Below, one piece after another: positions 30,240 to 39,999 of a DNA stretch of 64,000 nt. The position numbers and the translations under genes were made by a program. The notes below the pieces were generated by a model. The model made no database searches. It saw only the letters and a list, made by a program, of their open reading frames with translations, and was not told where the DNA came from. Origin of the DNA: an uncultured delta proteobacterium (lineage in GTDB: Bacteria; Desulfobacterota; Binatia; UBA9968); contig CAVTUQ010000003.1 in NCBI GenBank assembly GCA_963737905.1, forward strand, positions 1-64,000, read 5' to 3'. How positions within the stretch are numbered: the first letter of the stretch is position 1; each line of letters starts with the position of its first letter.

Positions 30240-31577
30240 ATGGTACGTGTCGCTCCATTTCGCGGGATGTTCTACAACTACAAAAGGATTCGCGATCTTT
30301 CCAAAGTCATTGCTCCGCCTTATGACGTGATCTCGAAAGAGGAGCAAGAGAAACTTTATCGTAAGTCGCCTTATAATTTTGTTCGACTAGACCTCAACCA
30401 AGAGCCCGACTCCTATTCGGTGGTCGCCGAGCTTTTTCAGCAATGGCAAAATGAAGGAATTTTTGAACGAGACGAAGTCCCGGCGATTTACTATGTCACG
30501 CACCGCTTCTCTCTGAGAGGCGGAGAGACGAAAGAGCGCCAAGGCTTCTTCGCCCTTGCCGAATTGCAGGATTTCTCCACCGGTGACATCCGGCCCCACG
30601 AAAAGACGCTAGACGCACCCAAAGAGGACCGTCTCAAACTTATGGTTGCCTGCCACGCGCAGCTGAGCCCGATCTTCGCCCTCTATGCTGAGCCCAAATC
30701 GACGGTCAACCGAATGCTGGCTACGAGCATTGAAGGGATGGATCCTTTCATTGAGGTCAAACAGGACGACGCCGGCGAGTGCCGTCTCTGGCGCGTTACC
30801 GATCCCCAACTTGTTCGCCGGGTGCAGCAAGTGATGAGAGACCAGTCGCTCTTGATCGCCGATGGCCATCATCGTTATGAGGCCACCCTCAAGTACCGCG
30901 ACCAGGTCCGCAGCGAACAAGGTGAGTGGAATGGTCGCGAGGCGTTCAACTACATCATGGCTTATTTTGCCAACATGGATGACGAGAACCTGGTGATTCT
31001 TCCCACCCATCGTCTGGTTCGGGGCTATGCTCCGCAGCCGTTTTTGCAGTTAGAGGATACGCTGCAGAAATACTTTTATGTAGAGCAATATCCGAAAACA
31101 CCGGAAGGCAAAGGTTGGTTTCTGAAGGCGCTTAAAAGTGGCGCCAAGAAACAGCACCTCATCGGCGCCAGTTTCAAGCGCGACCCTCGCTACCTGATCT
31201 TGCGGCTGAAGAACAAGAGGATCATGCAGCGTCTGGCCAAGGATCTAAGCACACCACTCCGCGAGCTCGATGTGACGACTCTTCATCTATTGATTCTAGA
31301 GCACATCCTCGGCCTTGCTCCGGACCAGCAAGTCAGCGGCGAGACTATTCGTTATTCACAGGACGAAGAAGCGGTCTTCCAGGCGCTGGAAAAAGAAGAC
31401 TTTCAGGCGGCATTCATTCTCAACCCACCGAAGGCGTCAGATATATTGACGATCGCTAACGGCGGCGAGAAGATGCCGCAAAAATCGACCTATTTCTACC
31501 CCAAACTTATTTCCGGCCTCATCGTTAACACGATCGAGCCGAAGGAAGAAATTGAACCAGCTCCGGCATCTCGTTGA
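30240..31577 (+). CDS. DUF1015 family protein
   Basis: PFRG..Y, APPYDVI, PHEKT, IADGHHRYE, PTHR, MPQKSTYFYPK. Confidence 0.92.
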   Translation: MVRVAPFRGMFYNYKRIRDLSKVIAPPYDVISKEEQEKLYRKSPYNFVRLDLNQEPDSYSVVAELFQQWQNEGIFERDEVPAIYYVTHRFSLRGGETKERQGFFALAELQDFSTGDIRPHEKTLDAPKEDRLKLMVACHAQLSPIFALYAEPKSTVNRMLATSIEGMDPFIEVKQDDAGECRLWRVTDPQLVRRVQQVMRDQSLLIADGHHRYEATLKYRDQVRSEQGEWNGREAFNYIMAYFANMDDENLVILPTHRLVRGYAPQPFLQLEDTLQKYFYVEQYPKTPEGKGWFLKALKSGAKKQHLIGASFKRDPRYLILRLKNKRIMQRLAKDLSTPLRELDVTTLHLLILEHILGLAPDQQVSGETIRYSQDEEAVFQALEKEDFQAAFILNPPKASDILTIANGGEKMPQKSTYFYPKLISGLIVNTIEPKEEIEPAPASR

Positions 31578-31885
31578 AATCTGTACATTGCCACTTCCGT
31601 CAATGGAATACGATTCGCCTCACCGAGGAGAGATGGGCTCACATTGTTGAAAACAAGCCTTACATGCGGGCATATTATGGAAGGGTCCTTATTGCGATTG
31701 AAGAATCAACTTGGGTTCTGCGGGGTTACGCAGGAGCATTAGTGGCAATTTTGTCTCTTGATAAACGACGCTTTCTCAATGTTGTCTACCGCGAGATCAG
31801 TCGGAATGATGGATTCGTCATTACGGCGTTTGTCTCGCCGAGGGTAAACAAAGAGAATCGAATATGGCCAAAAGAGAGATCCTAG
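31574..31885 (+). CDS. Putative BECR/RelE-fold toxin (start uncertain)
   Basis: IRLTEERWAHI...VVYREI..DGFVITAF; overlaps a DUF2283 gene. Confidence 0.6.
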   Translation: MKSVHCHFRQWNTIRLTEERWAHIVENKPYMRAYYGRVLIAIEESTWVLRGYAGALVAILSLDKRRFLNVVYREISRNDGFVITAFVSPRVNKENRIWPKERS

Positions 31886-32109
31886 AAAAAAAGACTCTAT
31901 CTCATCTGCTCAAGGCGGTCGCTCACCTAGTACAACTGCCCAAGACTCACATGCGGTTGGATTACGACGAGCAAGCTGATGTCCTTTACCTCCATTTTGA
32001 AGACCGACCGGACTCGACCCATAGCGAAATGCGCGACGATGGGGTCATCTTAGATTACAAGGGTCACCGCCTGGTCGGAGTCACTATCCTTGAGGCATCT
32101 CAGAGATAA
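31864..32109 (+). CDS. DUF2283 domain protein (putative antitoxin)
   Basis: YDEQADVLYL.F...DGVILDY....LVGVTILEAS. Confidence 0.85.
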   Translation: MAKREILEKKTLSHLLKAVAHLVQLPKTHMRLDYDEQADVLYLHFEDRPDSTHSEMRDDGVILDYKGHRLVGVTILEASQR

Positions 32110-32181
32110 ATGCAACCTACGTTGATTGTGCTACCAAACTCATAATGATCCGGTCGCTGTGTTTTTCCTTTTGGCGCTCAA

Positions 32182-33567
32182 CTATATCCCGACTGGCGCG
32201 ACAAACTGGCCATCGCCTGGCTTTCCGACTATCTTTCCGTTTTCCATCACGGTTTTGCCTCTCAATATTGTACGGATAGGCACGCCTTTGACTTTCCGGC
32301 CATGGTACGGCGTCCAGCCGACTTTCGTGTAAGTCGTTTCGTTGCTGATCACTTCTTCTTTATTCATGTCGACGATTACCATGTCAGCGTCGGCGCCCGG
32401 CTGGATGATCCCTTTTCTCGGATACACACCGAAGATGCGAGCGGGGTTGTACGACGTAATGCGAACGAGGGTATCGAGCGTCAGCTTTCCTTCATTAACG
32501 GCAGTCAGAAACAGGCTGAGATAGTCCTGGATTTGCGGTTCGCCCCCCGGCGATTTCCACATATCCTTCCAGCCGATCTCTTTCTCTTCCTTCGTGTGTG
32601 GCGCGTGGTCCGTGCCAATGAGATCGACGGTGCCATCGTTGATGCCTTGCCACAGGGCATCGACATGCGCCGGCGGGACCCAAAATCCTAGACAATAGGG
32701 TCCTAATTTCTCGACGTTCTCCCAGGAGGCGAGGAAGAGCGCCCAGGGATTGACCTCGCAGCTGCACGGCCGGCCTTCATCTTTGGCGCGTCGCAGCATG
32801 TCCAAAGCTTCGGGAGTACTCATATGCATGATATGCAGTTTGTTACCGACGGCCTTCTGAAAGCGGAACAGCGTAGCGATAGCTGTATCCCAAATAATGC
32901 CATCGAAGTCGCGATAGGCCTTGGCGTACGCTTGAGGACTGCGGTCACCGCGTTTCCAATAGCGTTGCTCGATCTCGTCCATCAAGTCTTGATCATGGGG
33001 ATGAACCATCAACGGCAAACCGGTCTTGCCCACCTCTTCGAACGAGCGAAATAGATCCCCATGGTTGTGCAGCCCGATACCCGGCATATGGGGATAATCG
33101 CGGCCCGTGTCCTTCACCATAAAGATCTTAAACGCCAGGCAACCTTCTTTGGCGAGTCCGGCAAGCTCCTCCGGCACGGTCCCCGAGGGATTGTGATTGA
33201 AATCCACGATGGCTTTCTTTTTATGGTCCGCGATCAAGGCGCGGAAGCGCTCCACCGTAGTGGTCGGCGGATCGACGTTGGGCATGCCGATGGAAAGGGT
33301 TACTCCGCCCGCCGCCGCCGCCATGGTTGCAGTCGTCAAGTCCTCTTTATGGGTGAAACCCGGATCTCTATGATGGGTGTGCGTATCGATCAAGCCGGGA
33401 ATGACTTTCTTTCCCTTCGCGTTGATGATCGTCTCTGCGGACTCAGGTAGGACCGGCAGTTTTCCCAGGGCCACGACTTTTCCTTGATGCACGGCTACGT
33501 CAGCTTCGACAAATCCACCAGGCGTCCAAATCTCGCCGTCGCGAATGAGCAGATCCAATTTCTCCAT
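32182..33567 (-). CDS. Dihydroorotase/allantoinase-family cyclic amidohydrolase
   Basis: PGLIDTHTH.RDPG, AAAGGVT, FKIFM, IGTDHAPH, NPARIFG..KG.I.PGADAD. Confidence 0.88.
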   Translation of the reverse strand: MEKLDLLIRDGEIWTPGGFVEADVAVHQGKVVALGKLPVLPESAETIINAKGKKVIPGLIDTHTHHRDPGFTHKEDLTTATMAAAAGGVTLSIGMPNVDPPTTTVERFRALIADHKKKAIVDFNHNPSGTVPEELAGLAKEGCLAFKIFMVKDTGRDYPHMPGIGLHNHGDLFRSFEEVGKTGLPLMVHPHDQDLMDEIEQRYWKRGDRSPQAYAKAYRDFDGIIWDTAIATLFRFQKAVGNKLHIMHMSTPEALDMLRRAKDEGRPCSCEVNPWALFLASWENVEKLGPYCLGFWVPPAHVDALWQGINDGTVDLIGTDHAPHTKEEKEIGWKDMWKSPGGEPQIQDYLSLFLTAVNEGKLTLDTLVRITSYNPARIFGVYPRKGIIQPGADADMVIVDMNKEEVISNETTYTKVGWTPYHGRKVKGVPIRTILRGKTVMENGKIVGKPGDGQFVAPVGI

Positions 33568-33616
33568 AATGCGCTATTCTCCCTTTCAGTATTTAAAAAA
33601 TGTCTATTTGGATTAG

Positions 33617-33742
33617 CAGGCTGCTCAAAAAGGCTCAGAGGCGAGGCGCGCGAAAAATCGACGAGCGGAGGCGTACTTGACCCGTACGTTGGAGCGAGGC
33701 GATTGAACGCAACGAAGCATATGAGACTTTTTCAGCAGCCTG
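33617..33742. mobile_element. MITE-like element copy 2 (126 bp, 16-bp TIRs, TTAG/CTAG flanks)
   Basis: TTAG-CAGGCTGCTCAAAAAG...CTTTTTCAGCAGCCTG-CTAG; homologous to 39874-39999 and 23629-23745. Confidence 0.75.
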
Positions 33743-33874
33743 CTAGAAAAACCCTTATATGATCGGTAATTACTGCTGTCAACCAAGCTTTTGACCCACC
33801 TTGACTCACTAGCCGAAATCTGAAAATATTTGCTGCGCTTAGGTCTAAAGACCAAAGGCGCAAGGAGGATCGTT

Positions 33875-34885
33875 ATGCTCAAAAAGATAACCCTTGGATT
33901 TGCACTTATGGCAAGCGCATTTCTGAGTAGCGCAGTGGTTTATTGCCAGAGTGCCAATCTAACCGAAGCGGGTAAGAAAGAAGGCAAAGCAGTCGTCTAC
34001 GGCTCATTGGAATCTGATTCGGCCGATACGGTCTTCAATGCCTTCAAGAAGAAAACCGGCATCGAGGTGGACTACTGGCGGGCGTCGGCCACCAAAGTTA
34101 TGGATCGGGCTTTGAGCGAGTACAGAGCCGGGAAACCGCTTTTCGACATTATACTGACAAACGATAACCCCATGCAGATCATGTTTAAGCAGGGTCTTTT
34201 TGCCAAGTATGATTCGCCGACGGCAAAGGACTTTCCCAAAGACGCCATCGATCCCAATCTTGGACCGAGATATCGCAACGTCATCATCGGCGTAGTCTAT
34301 AATAAAAATATGATCAAACCCGCTGATGCGCCAAAGAGCTTGGAAGATTTGGTCAAGCCTCAATACAAGGGCAAGCTCGTTATGCCTGACCCTACCCAGC
34401 ACACCACCACGACCCAATGGGTGGCGAGTCTTTGGAAGCTTATGGGAAAAGAAAAAGCCGACAAATATATACGAGACTTGGCGGCTATGAAACCGGTGCT
34501 AGTGGAATCACTCCTCCCTGCGGCGGAAAGAGTGAGCACCGGTGAGACACCCATCGCGATTACCTATGTCAAATACGTCTACATATTCGGGAAAAAAGGC
34601 GCTCCACTCGATTACGTGAGGCTAGGTAAAATGATGGGCGACGGTCATTATCTCGCGCTGGACAGTAAGGCGCCGCATCCAAATGCCGGCAAGGCTTTAA
34701 TCGACTATTTTCTGGATGACGAAAGTATGAATCTTATGGCCAAGCTGGGCGAGTTCGTGAACCGCAAGGGTATTTATCCACCGCTCCCCGATGCCGACAA
34801 GATACAATTCGTCGAGATGGTCGATCTCACCACCAAGGAATTCGCAGAGAAAAAGAAGGAGTATCAAAAGATCTTTTTACAGTAA
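33875..34885 (+). CDS. ABC extracellular solute-binding protein (AfuA/FbpA-like)
   Basis: AGGAGG RBS; signal peptide; KKEGKAVVYGS, YN......APKS.EDL..P.YKG, APHPNAGK. Confidence 0.88.
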   Translation: MLKKITLGFALMASAFLSSAVVYCQSANLTEAGKKEGKAVVYGSLESDSADTVFNAFKKKTGIEVDYWRASATKVMDRALSEYRAGKPLFDIILTNDNPMQIMFKQGLFAKYDSPTAKDFPKDAIDPNLGPRYRNVIIGVVYNKNMIKPADAPKSLEDLVKPQYKGKLVMPDPTQHTTTTQWVASLWKLMGKEKADKYIRDLAAMKPVLVESLLPAAERVSTGETPIAITYVKYVYIFGKKGAPLDYVRLGKMMGDGHYLALDSKAPHPNAGKALIDYFLDDESMNLMAKLGEFVNRKGIYPPLPDADKIQFVEMVDLTTKEFAEKKKEYQKIFLQ

Positions 34886-34897
34886 GAGAGCGGCCAA

Positions 34898-36655
34898 ATG
34901 TCAGTGACTGAAAGAGCCATCGATGTCGGGCAAACCCGCGCAACCACGGGGAGTCAAAGCCGGATCGGGGTTTTTTTAAGCCAGCCGATCAGCTGGGTCT
35001 TCCTCGTGGTCGGGGGGATCATCGCTTTTCTCAGTCTATATCCTACCTTCTTCTTGTTCTATGGCAGCCTGACAGATGCCCCTTTGGGAGTTCCGGGACA
35101 TTTTACACTCAAGAACTATATCCGTGCCTACACCGACCCCGAAGCCTTTCCGCTGCTGCTAAACTCATTCGTCTTCGGCCTCGGCGCGTCGGGTCTATCC
35201 GTCATCTTTGCGCTGAGTCTCGCTTGGATTACGATTCGAACCAACGCGCCCTTCAGGCGGCTCTTTGAGCTGACGGCGATTGTTCCCAACATCCTGCCGC
35301 CGATTCTGGTTGCCATTTCGTGGGTGATGTTGCTCAATCCGAGCAACGGGCTCATTAATGCCAGCATCGTGAATCTCTTCGGCGTCGAACGAGGCCCCTT
35401 TAATATTTATTCGATCCCCGGTTTGATCTTTGTCGAGTCATTGATACTTACGCCTCTGGCTTTTTTGATCATTGCCGCCGCAATGAAAAGTATGGACCCG
35501 TCTCTGGAGGAATCGGCGAAAACACTGGGTTCCAGCGAACTCGGCGTGGCTTACCGTATTACCTTCCCGCTCATGAGGCCTGCGATCCTCGCGGCGGGGA
35601 CTTTAAATTTTGTCAGGGCGGTGGAAAGCTTCGATACGCCGGCAATCATTGCTCTACCCGCGCGAATTGAAGTTTTTACGACCAAGATTTGGCGTGAAGC
35701 CTTGGGTTCCTTCCCCACAAACCACAATCTCGCGGCAGCCTATGGCGTCGGGATTCTCACGGTGGCACTGCTCTTTGTGTACCTCTATCGCCACTTCACG
35801 TCACAGGTGGAAAGTTTTTCGACGGTTACCGGCAAGGGTTTCCGGCCTCATCAGATTGACCTGGGTAGTTGGAGATATGTGGCGTCGGGATTCGCCTTTC
35901 TGTTGCTTGTTTTGCTGGTGGTGTTGCCCATCCTGGTGCTTCTCCTGGTCGCTCTTTTGCCGTACTATCACGTACCGACATGGCAAACTTGGCAAAACTT
36001 AACCCTCGAGAATTTTCGCTATATTTGGGCTACATCGCGCGTCCTTAAGGCATTCGCCAATAGCATATTTCTTGCGCTGTCCGGAGCAACCATCTGCATG
36101 GTGCTTGCATCGCTCGCTTCCTACATTACGGTGCGAACCAAACTTGCGGCACGAGGAATTCTCGAAGGCCTCGTGTTTATTCCTTGGGCTTTTCCCGGGA
36201 CCGCACTTGCCTTGGGACTGCTTTGGGCCTACGTCGATTTTCCAATTCCTATTTATGGCACGCTTTGGATCATTCTGATCGCCTACGTGACTCGTTTTTT
36301 GCCCTATGGGATGAGAGCCGTCAGTAGCACGATCATTCAAGTCCACAAGGAGCTCGAGGAAGCCTCGGTTGCGTGCGGCGCCGGTTTCTTGGCGACGTTT
36401 CGCCGTGTCTTGATTCCGATGATGCGCCCGGGCGTTATGGCGGGCTGGATCATTCTTGTAACGATTTTCATGCGCGAGTTCAGCGCGACCTTGTTTCTCT
36501 ATAGCCCCGGCTCGGAGCCTCTCGGCCCGCTGCTCTATTTTCTCTATCTCGACGGCATGCGCGGCCGCGTTGCGGCCATCGGGATCGTGATTTCCGTGAT
36601 TTCCGTCGTTCTCATTGCCATTGCCCAGCGCTATTCGCAGTGGGAATCTAAGTAA
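34898..36655 (+). CDS. ABC permease with duplicated TM domain (FbpB/ThiP-like)
   Basis: Two EAA loops: DPSLEESAKTLG and ELEEASVACGA. Confidence 0.9.
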   Translation: MSVTERAIDVGQTRATTGSQSRIGVFLSQPISWVFLVVGGIIAFLSLYPTFFLFYGSLTDAPLGVPGHFTLKNYIRAYTDPEAFPLLLNSFVFGLGASGLSVIFALSLAWITIRTNAPFRRLFELTAIVPNILPPILVAISWVMLLNPSNGLINASIVNLFGVERGPFNIYSIPGLIFVESLILTPLAFLIIAAAMKSMDPSLEESAKTLGSSELGVAYRITFPLMRPAILAAGTLNFVRAVESFDTPAIIALPARIEVFTTKIWREALGSFPTNHNLAAAYGVGILTVALLFVYLYRHFTSQVESFSTVTGKGFRPHQIDLGSWRYVASGFAFLLLVLLVVLPILVLLLVALLPYYHVPTWQTWQNLTLENFRYIWATSRVLKAFANSIFLALSGATICMVLASLASYITVRTKLAARGILEGLVFIPWAFPGTALALGLLWAYVDFPIPIYGTLWIILIAYVTRFLPYGMRAVSSTIIQVHKELEEASVACGAGFLATFRRVLIPMMRPGVMAGWIILVTIFMREFSATLFLYSPGSEPLGPLLYFLYLDGMRGRVAAIGIVISVISVVLIAIAQRYSQWESK

Positions 36656-36725
36656 TCGAGGATGGAGAATGGAGGATTGCAAATAGGAAACCGCGATCCT
36701 CTATCTTCTATCCTCCATCTTCGAT
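36655..36725. repeat. Heptamer hairpin (ATGGAGG)n / (ATCCTCY)n
   Basis: ATCGAGG ATGGAGA ATGGAGG ... ATCCTCT ATCTTCT ATCCTCC ATCTTCG. Confidence 0.8.
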
Positions 36726-36747
36726 AGAAACGACAAAGGGAGTAGAA

Positions 36748-37740
36748 GTGGAAAAATTATTCTTAACCGTCGCTTGCGGCGACTACGACCGAACCAAGCC
36801 GTTACAGGACGGGTCCGTGGAACCGGAAGGGATTAAACTCAACTACGTTGCGCTCCAGTCGGAAGAAATCTTCTGGCGCATGGGCCACCATCGGGAGTTT
36901 GACGCCTCGGAGATGTCTCTCTCCAACCATATCACCATGTTGGGACGGGGTGATTCCCCCTTCGTGGGCATTCCCATATTCCCTTCGCGATTTTTTAGGC
37001 ACTCGTCTGTCTACTACAACGCCGATTCAGGGATCAAAAAACCCGAAGACTTCAAAGGAAAGAAAGTCGGCACTCCGGAGTACGCGATGACCGCAGCGGT
37101 TTGGATTCGGGGATTTTTTAACGATGACTACGGCGTGCGCGCGCAGGATATGAAGTGGTTTCTCGGTGGACAGGAAGAACCGGGTCGGAAAGAACGCGTG
37201 AAACTGGACCTTCCGCCGGAGATCAGTGTTCAGTCGATTCCCGATGATAAAACGCTCAACAGCATGTTAGAAAGCGGAGAAATCGATGCGCTCATTTCGG
37301 CCCGCAGTCCTTCGAGTCTTGGCAACGGTTCGGGGAAAGTACGCCGGCTGTTTCCTAACTACAAGGAAGTGGAAATCGACTATTACAAGCGATCCAAGAT
37401 CTTCCCCATCATGCATATCCTAGTGATTCGCAAGGATGTGTATGAACGCCACCCATGGGTAGCACGGAGCCTGTACAAGGCCTTTTGTGAAGCCAAAGAC
37501 CGAGCCATCAAGACCATGCATATTTCCAACGCCCACGCCTACGCGCTTCCGTGGCTCTCGTGGGAGAGAGAACAGCTTAGAGAGATTTTTGGTCCTGATT
37601 GGTGGCCGTACGGCATCGATCCCAACCGCCATGTCCTCGAAACTTTAATCCGCTACTTGGGCGCGCAGGGGCTGTTAAAAAGACCGCTGAAAGTGGAGGA
37701 CATCTTTGCGCCGAGCTCTCTGGGAGAGTTTAAGTTGTAG
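36748..37740 (+). CDS. 4,5-dihydroxyphthalate decarboxylase-like protein (SBP fold)
   Basis: ACGDYDRT, FDASEMSLS, PSRFFRHS, EYAMTAAVW.RG, FPIMH, WWPYG..PN. Confidence 0.85.
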   Translation: MEKLFLTVACGDYDRTKPLQDGSVEPEGIKLNYVALQSEEIFWRMGHHREFDASEMSLSNHITMLGRGDSPFVGIPIFPSRFFRHSSVYYNADSGIKKPEDFKGKKVGTPEYAMTAAVWIRGFFNDDYGVRAQDMKWFLGGQEEPGRKERVKLDLPPEISVQSIPDDKTLNSMLESGEIDALISARSPSSLGNGSGKVRRLFPNYKEVEIDYYKRSKIFPIMHILVIRKDVYERHPWVARSLYKAFCEAKDRAIKTMHISNAHAYALPWLSWEREQLREIFGPDWWPYGIDPNRHVLETLIRYLGAQGLLKRPLKVEDIFAPSSLGEFKL

Positions 37741-37748
37741 GAACTGAT

Positions 37749-37814
37749 GATGGAAGATCGAAGATAGAGGATTGATCCATCTTCCATCTCCTCCATCTTC
37801 CATCCTCGATCCTC
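37749..37814. repeat. Heptamer hairpin, GATGGAA / CATCTTC family
   Basis: GATGGAA GATCGAA GATAGAG ... CATCTTC CATCCTC GATCCTC. Confidence 0.8.
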
Positions 37815-38239
37815 ATGCGGTTAAACCGAAAAGTTGAAGCTTTCCTTCGCGCCGCCCGCGTCGCTCACCTAGCCACGGCGGATCAGCGGGACAGCCGTTC
37901 GTTATCCCGATATGCTTCGCATTTGACGGCAAAGAGTTTTTTTCACCCATTGACGAAAAGCCCAAACGGCTATCGCCACGACGACTCAAGCGACTGCGGA
38001 ACATCGAAGAGAATTCGCAGGTGTCGCTGGTTATCGATCGATACGACGAGAACTGGCGAAAGTTGGCTTACATTCTCATATCGGGACGGGCCAGAATACT
38101 GCTTACCGGCCAGAAACACCGAAGAGCTGTAAGTCTTCTTCGTAGGAAGTACCGCCAGTATCACTCCATGGCTATAGACCAGCGACCCGATGATCGTCAT
38201 CACGCTCTCTGAGCCGTAAAAGTCCTGGGGAACTTCTAA
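37815..38239 (+). CDS. PPOX-class putative F420-dependent oxidoreductase (Rv0121-like), frameshifted near 37890 and 38188
   Basis: ARVAHLATAD.GQPFVIPICFA...PIDEKPK...LKRLRNIEEN.QVSLVIDRYDENW..L. Confidence 0.8.
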
Positions 38240-38248
38240 TTGCCTATC

Positions 38249-38281
38249 AATCTAAAATCCAAAATCGAAAATCTAAAATTC
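38249..38281. repeat. Heptamer tandem (AATCYAA)n, single arm
   Basis: AATCTAA AATCCAA AATCGAA AATCTAA AATT. Confidence 0.7.
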
Positions 38282-38343
38282 CAGGGCGTTTGCCTTCGAC
38301 CTCTTCGGGCGATATAGAGCTTCTTTGAACTGGAACAATTCCC

Positions 38344-39870
38344 ATGTCAGAGCCAACTGCCGAAGCTGTACACGGCCAGAATACTCCCGAGGAAAGAAGT
38401 TACCTCCCTGTCACCGTCGACAAAAGCCACCTCGTCACTATCGGCGAGCGACTTTACTCCGAGAGCATCGAATTGATCCGAGAGCTGGTGAATAACGCCT
38501 ATGACGCCGATGCCACTGAAGTCAAAGTAACGGTCACGGCGGAATCCGTGTCAGTGGAAGACAACGGGACCGGGATGGATCTGGAAGGACTCCAACAGTA
38601 CTTCGTAATCGGCTCCCAAGAAAAACTCCTGCGCCCCAAGTCGCCGGTTTTCAAGCGCGACCGCATCGGCCAATTCGGTATTGGCAAGTTCGCCACCCTT
38701 TCTGCATGCCAACGCTTTACGGTTTTCACTCAAAAAGAAAATTTTGCCGCTCGGGTGGTTTTCGACAAAGAAGCATGGTCACAGGAGGTAGGTGAATGGC
38801 GGCTTCCCTTGGAGATTTTGCCGCCTGATCCTCAAAGGGCCAATGGCACAACCGTCACTCTGCAGGGCTTGACCAAACAATTTCTGCCTGAGGACGTGGA
38901 ACGAAAGATCGTCGAAGGAGTTCCGTTGAAAGCGCCTCACTTCGCGGTGTTTCTCAACCAGAAACCGGTTATGCCCAAGAGTTTTTCCGGCCATCGTGTT
39001 CCGTTTCTGGAGGGAACCGAGTTTGGGCCGGTTTCAGGCGAGATCATCATTCTACCCGCCTCCGCTTCTGCCCTTGACGAGCTTGGGATCGAAGTCAAAG
39101 TAAAGCAAGTCACGGTCCGGCGGGAGCTATTCGGCGCGGAAACCTGGGGCAAAGTCGCCGCGAGAATTCGCGGCGAAATCCATGCCGACTTTTTGCCGAT
39201 CACCAGCGACCGCTCGGGCTTTATTATCGACTCCCCCGAGTACCAGGCCTTCGTGCAAATCATGCAACGCGTGATGAACGAGGTTCATTCCGTGCTGATC
39301 CGTCTCATGGGGAAGGGAGAGAAACGGGCGGCATCGCGCGCCCTAGGCGAGGCGCTCGAACGCATCAGCAAGTCGCTATTTAGAAATCCCGATTTTTCTC
39401 CCTTTGGACCCATCCCCATCGGCGAGCCCGGCGGAATCGGCGGCGCGGCGGCAACGAAATCTTTGGAGTCGACTGAACCGACACATGAGGGGAAACCCGT
39501 TGGGATGAATCGAACCGCCCAAAAACTCGCTCGTAAGAAACGGCCAACCGCAAAGCGCCTGACTCCGGATGCGGTGGTACGCCGGCTTAAAATGGGTCAG
39601 GCGGGGATCTCCTGCTGTTTAGATCATTTCGGCGAGACCGGTCCGGAGTCGTTCAGCGAGGGAACGACCGTGTATATCAACCGCGATCATCCCCTGTACA
39701 AACGGGAAGCCAAGAAGGCTGAAGCGCACACCATGCACATCGCGCGGCTTCTCTCCCAAGAGATCGCGCTCATGAAAGACCCGCGAAACCCCCGCCAAGC
39801 CTTCGAGCGCCAATCGAAGCTGCTACGCGATGCGTTTAGGTTCCTGCGCGACGCATTCATCGAAGACTAG
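38344..39870 (+). CDS. GHKL ATPase (HATPase_c_3, MORC/Hsp90-like) protein
   Basis: IRELVNNAYDADA, VEDNGTGM, IGQFGIGK, GTTVTL; S5-like 'ITSDRSGF'; C-terminal YINRDHPLY. Confidence 0.85.
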   Translation: MSEPTAEAVHGQNTPEERSYLPVTVDKSHLVTIGERLYSESIELIRELVNNAYDADATEVKVTVTAESVSVEDNGTGMDLEGLQQYFVIGSQEKLLRPKSPVFKRDRIGQFGIGKFATLSACQRFTVFTQKENFAARVVFDKEAWSQEVGEWRLPLEILPPDPQRANGTTVTLQGLTKQFLPEDVERKIVEGVPLKAPHFAVFLNQKPVMPKSFSGHRVPFLEGTEFGPVSGEIIILPASASALDELGIEVKVKQVTVRRELFGAETWGKVAARIRGEIHADFLPITSDRSGFIIDSPEYQAFVQIMQRVMNEVHSVLIRLMGKGEKRAASRALGEALERISKSLFRNPDFSPFGPIPIGEPGGIGGAAATKSLESTEPTHEGKPVGMNRTAQKLARKKRPTAKRLTPDAVVRRLKMGQAGISCCLDHFGETGPESFSEGTTVYINRDHPLYKREAKKAEAHTMHIARLLSQEIALMKDPRNPRQAFERQSKLLRDAFRFLRDAFIED

Positions 39871-39873
39871 ACT

Positions 39874-39999
39874 CAGGCCGGCGAAAAAACCTCATATGCT
39901 TCGTTGCCCTCGACCGATTTCGCATCAACGTACAAGAAAAGTACGCCTCCGCTCATCGATCTTCGCGCGCCTCGCCTCTGAGCATTTTTGACCGGCCTG
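39874..39999. mobile_element. MITE-like element copy 3 (opposite orientation to copy 2)
   Basis: Reverse complement aligns end to end with 33617-33742; ends CAGGCCGGCGAAAAA / TTTTTGACCGGCCTG. Confidence 0.75.
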
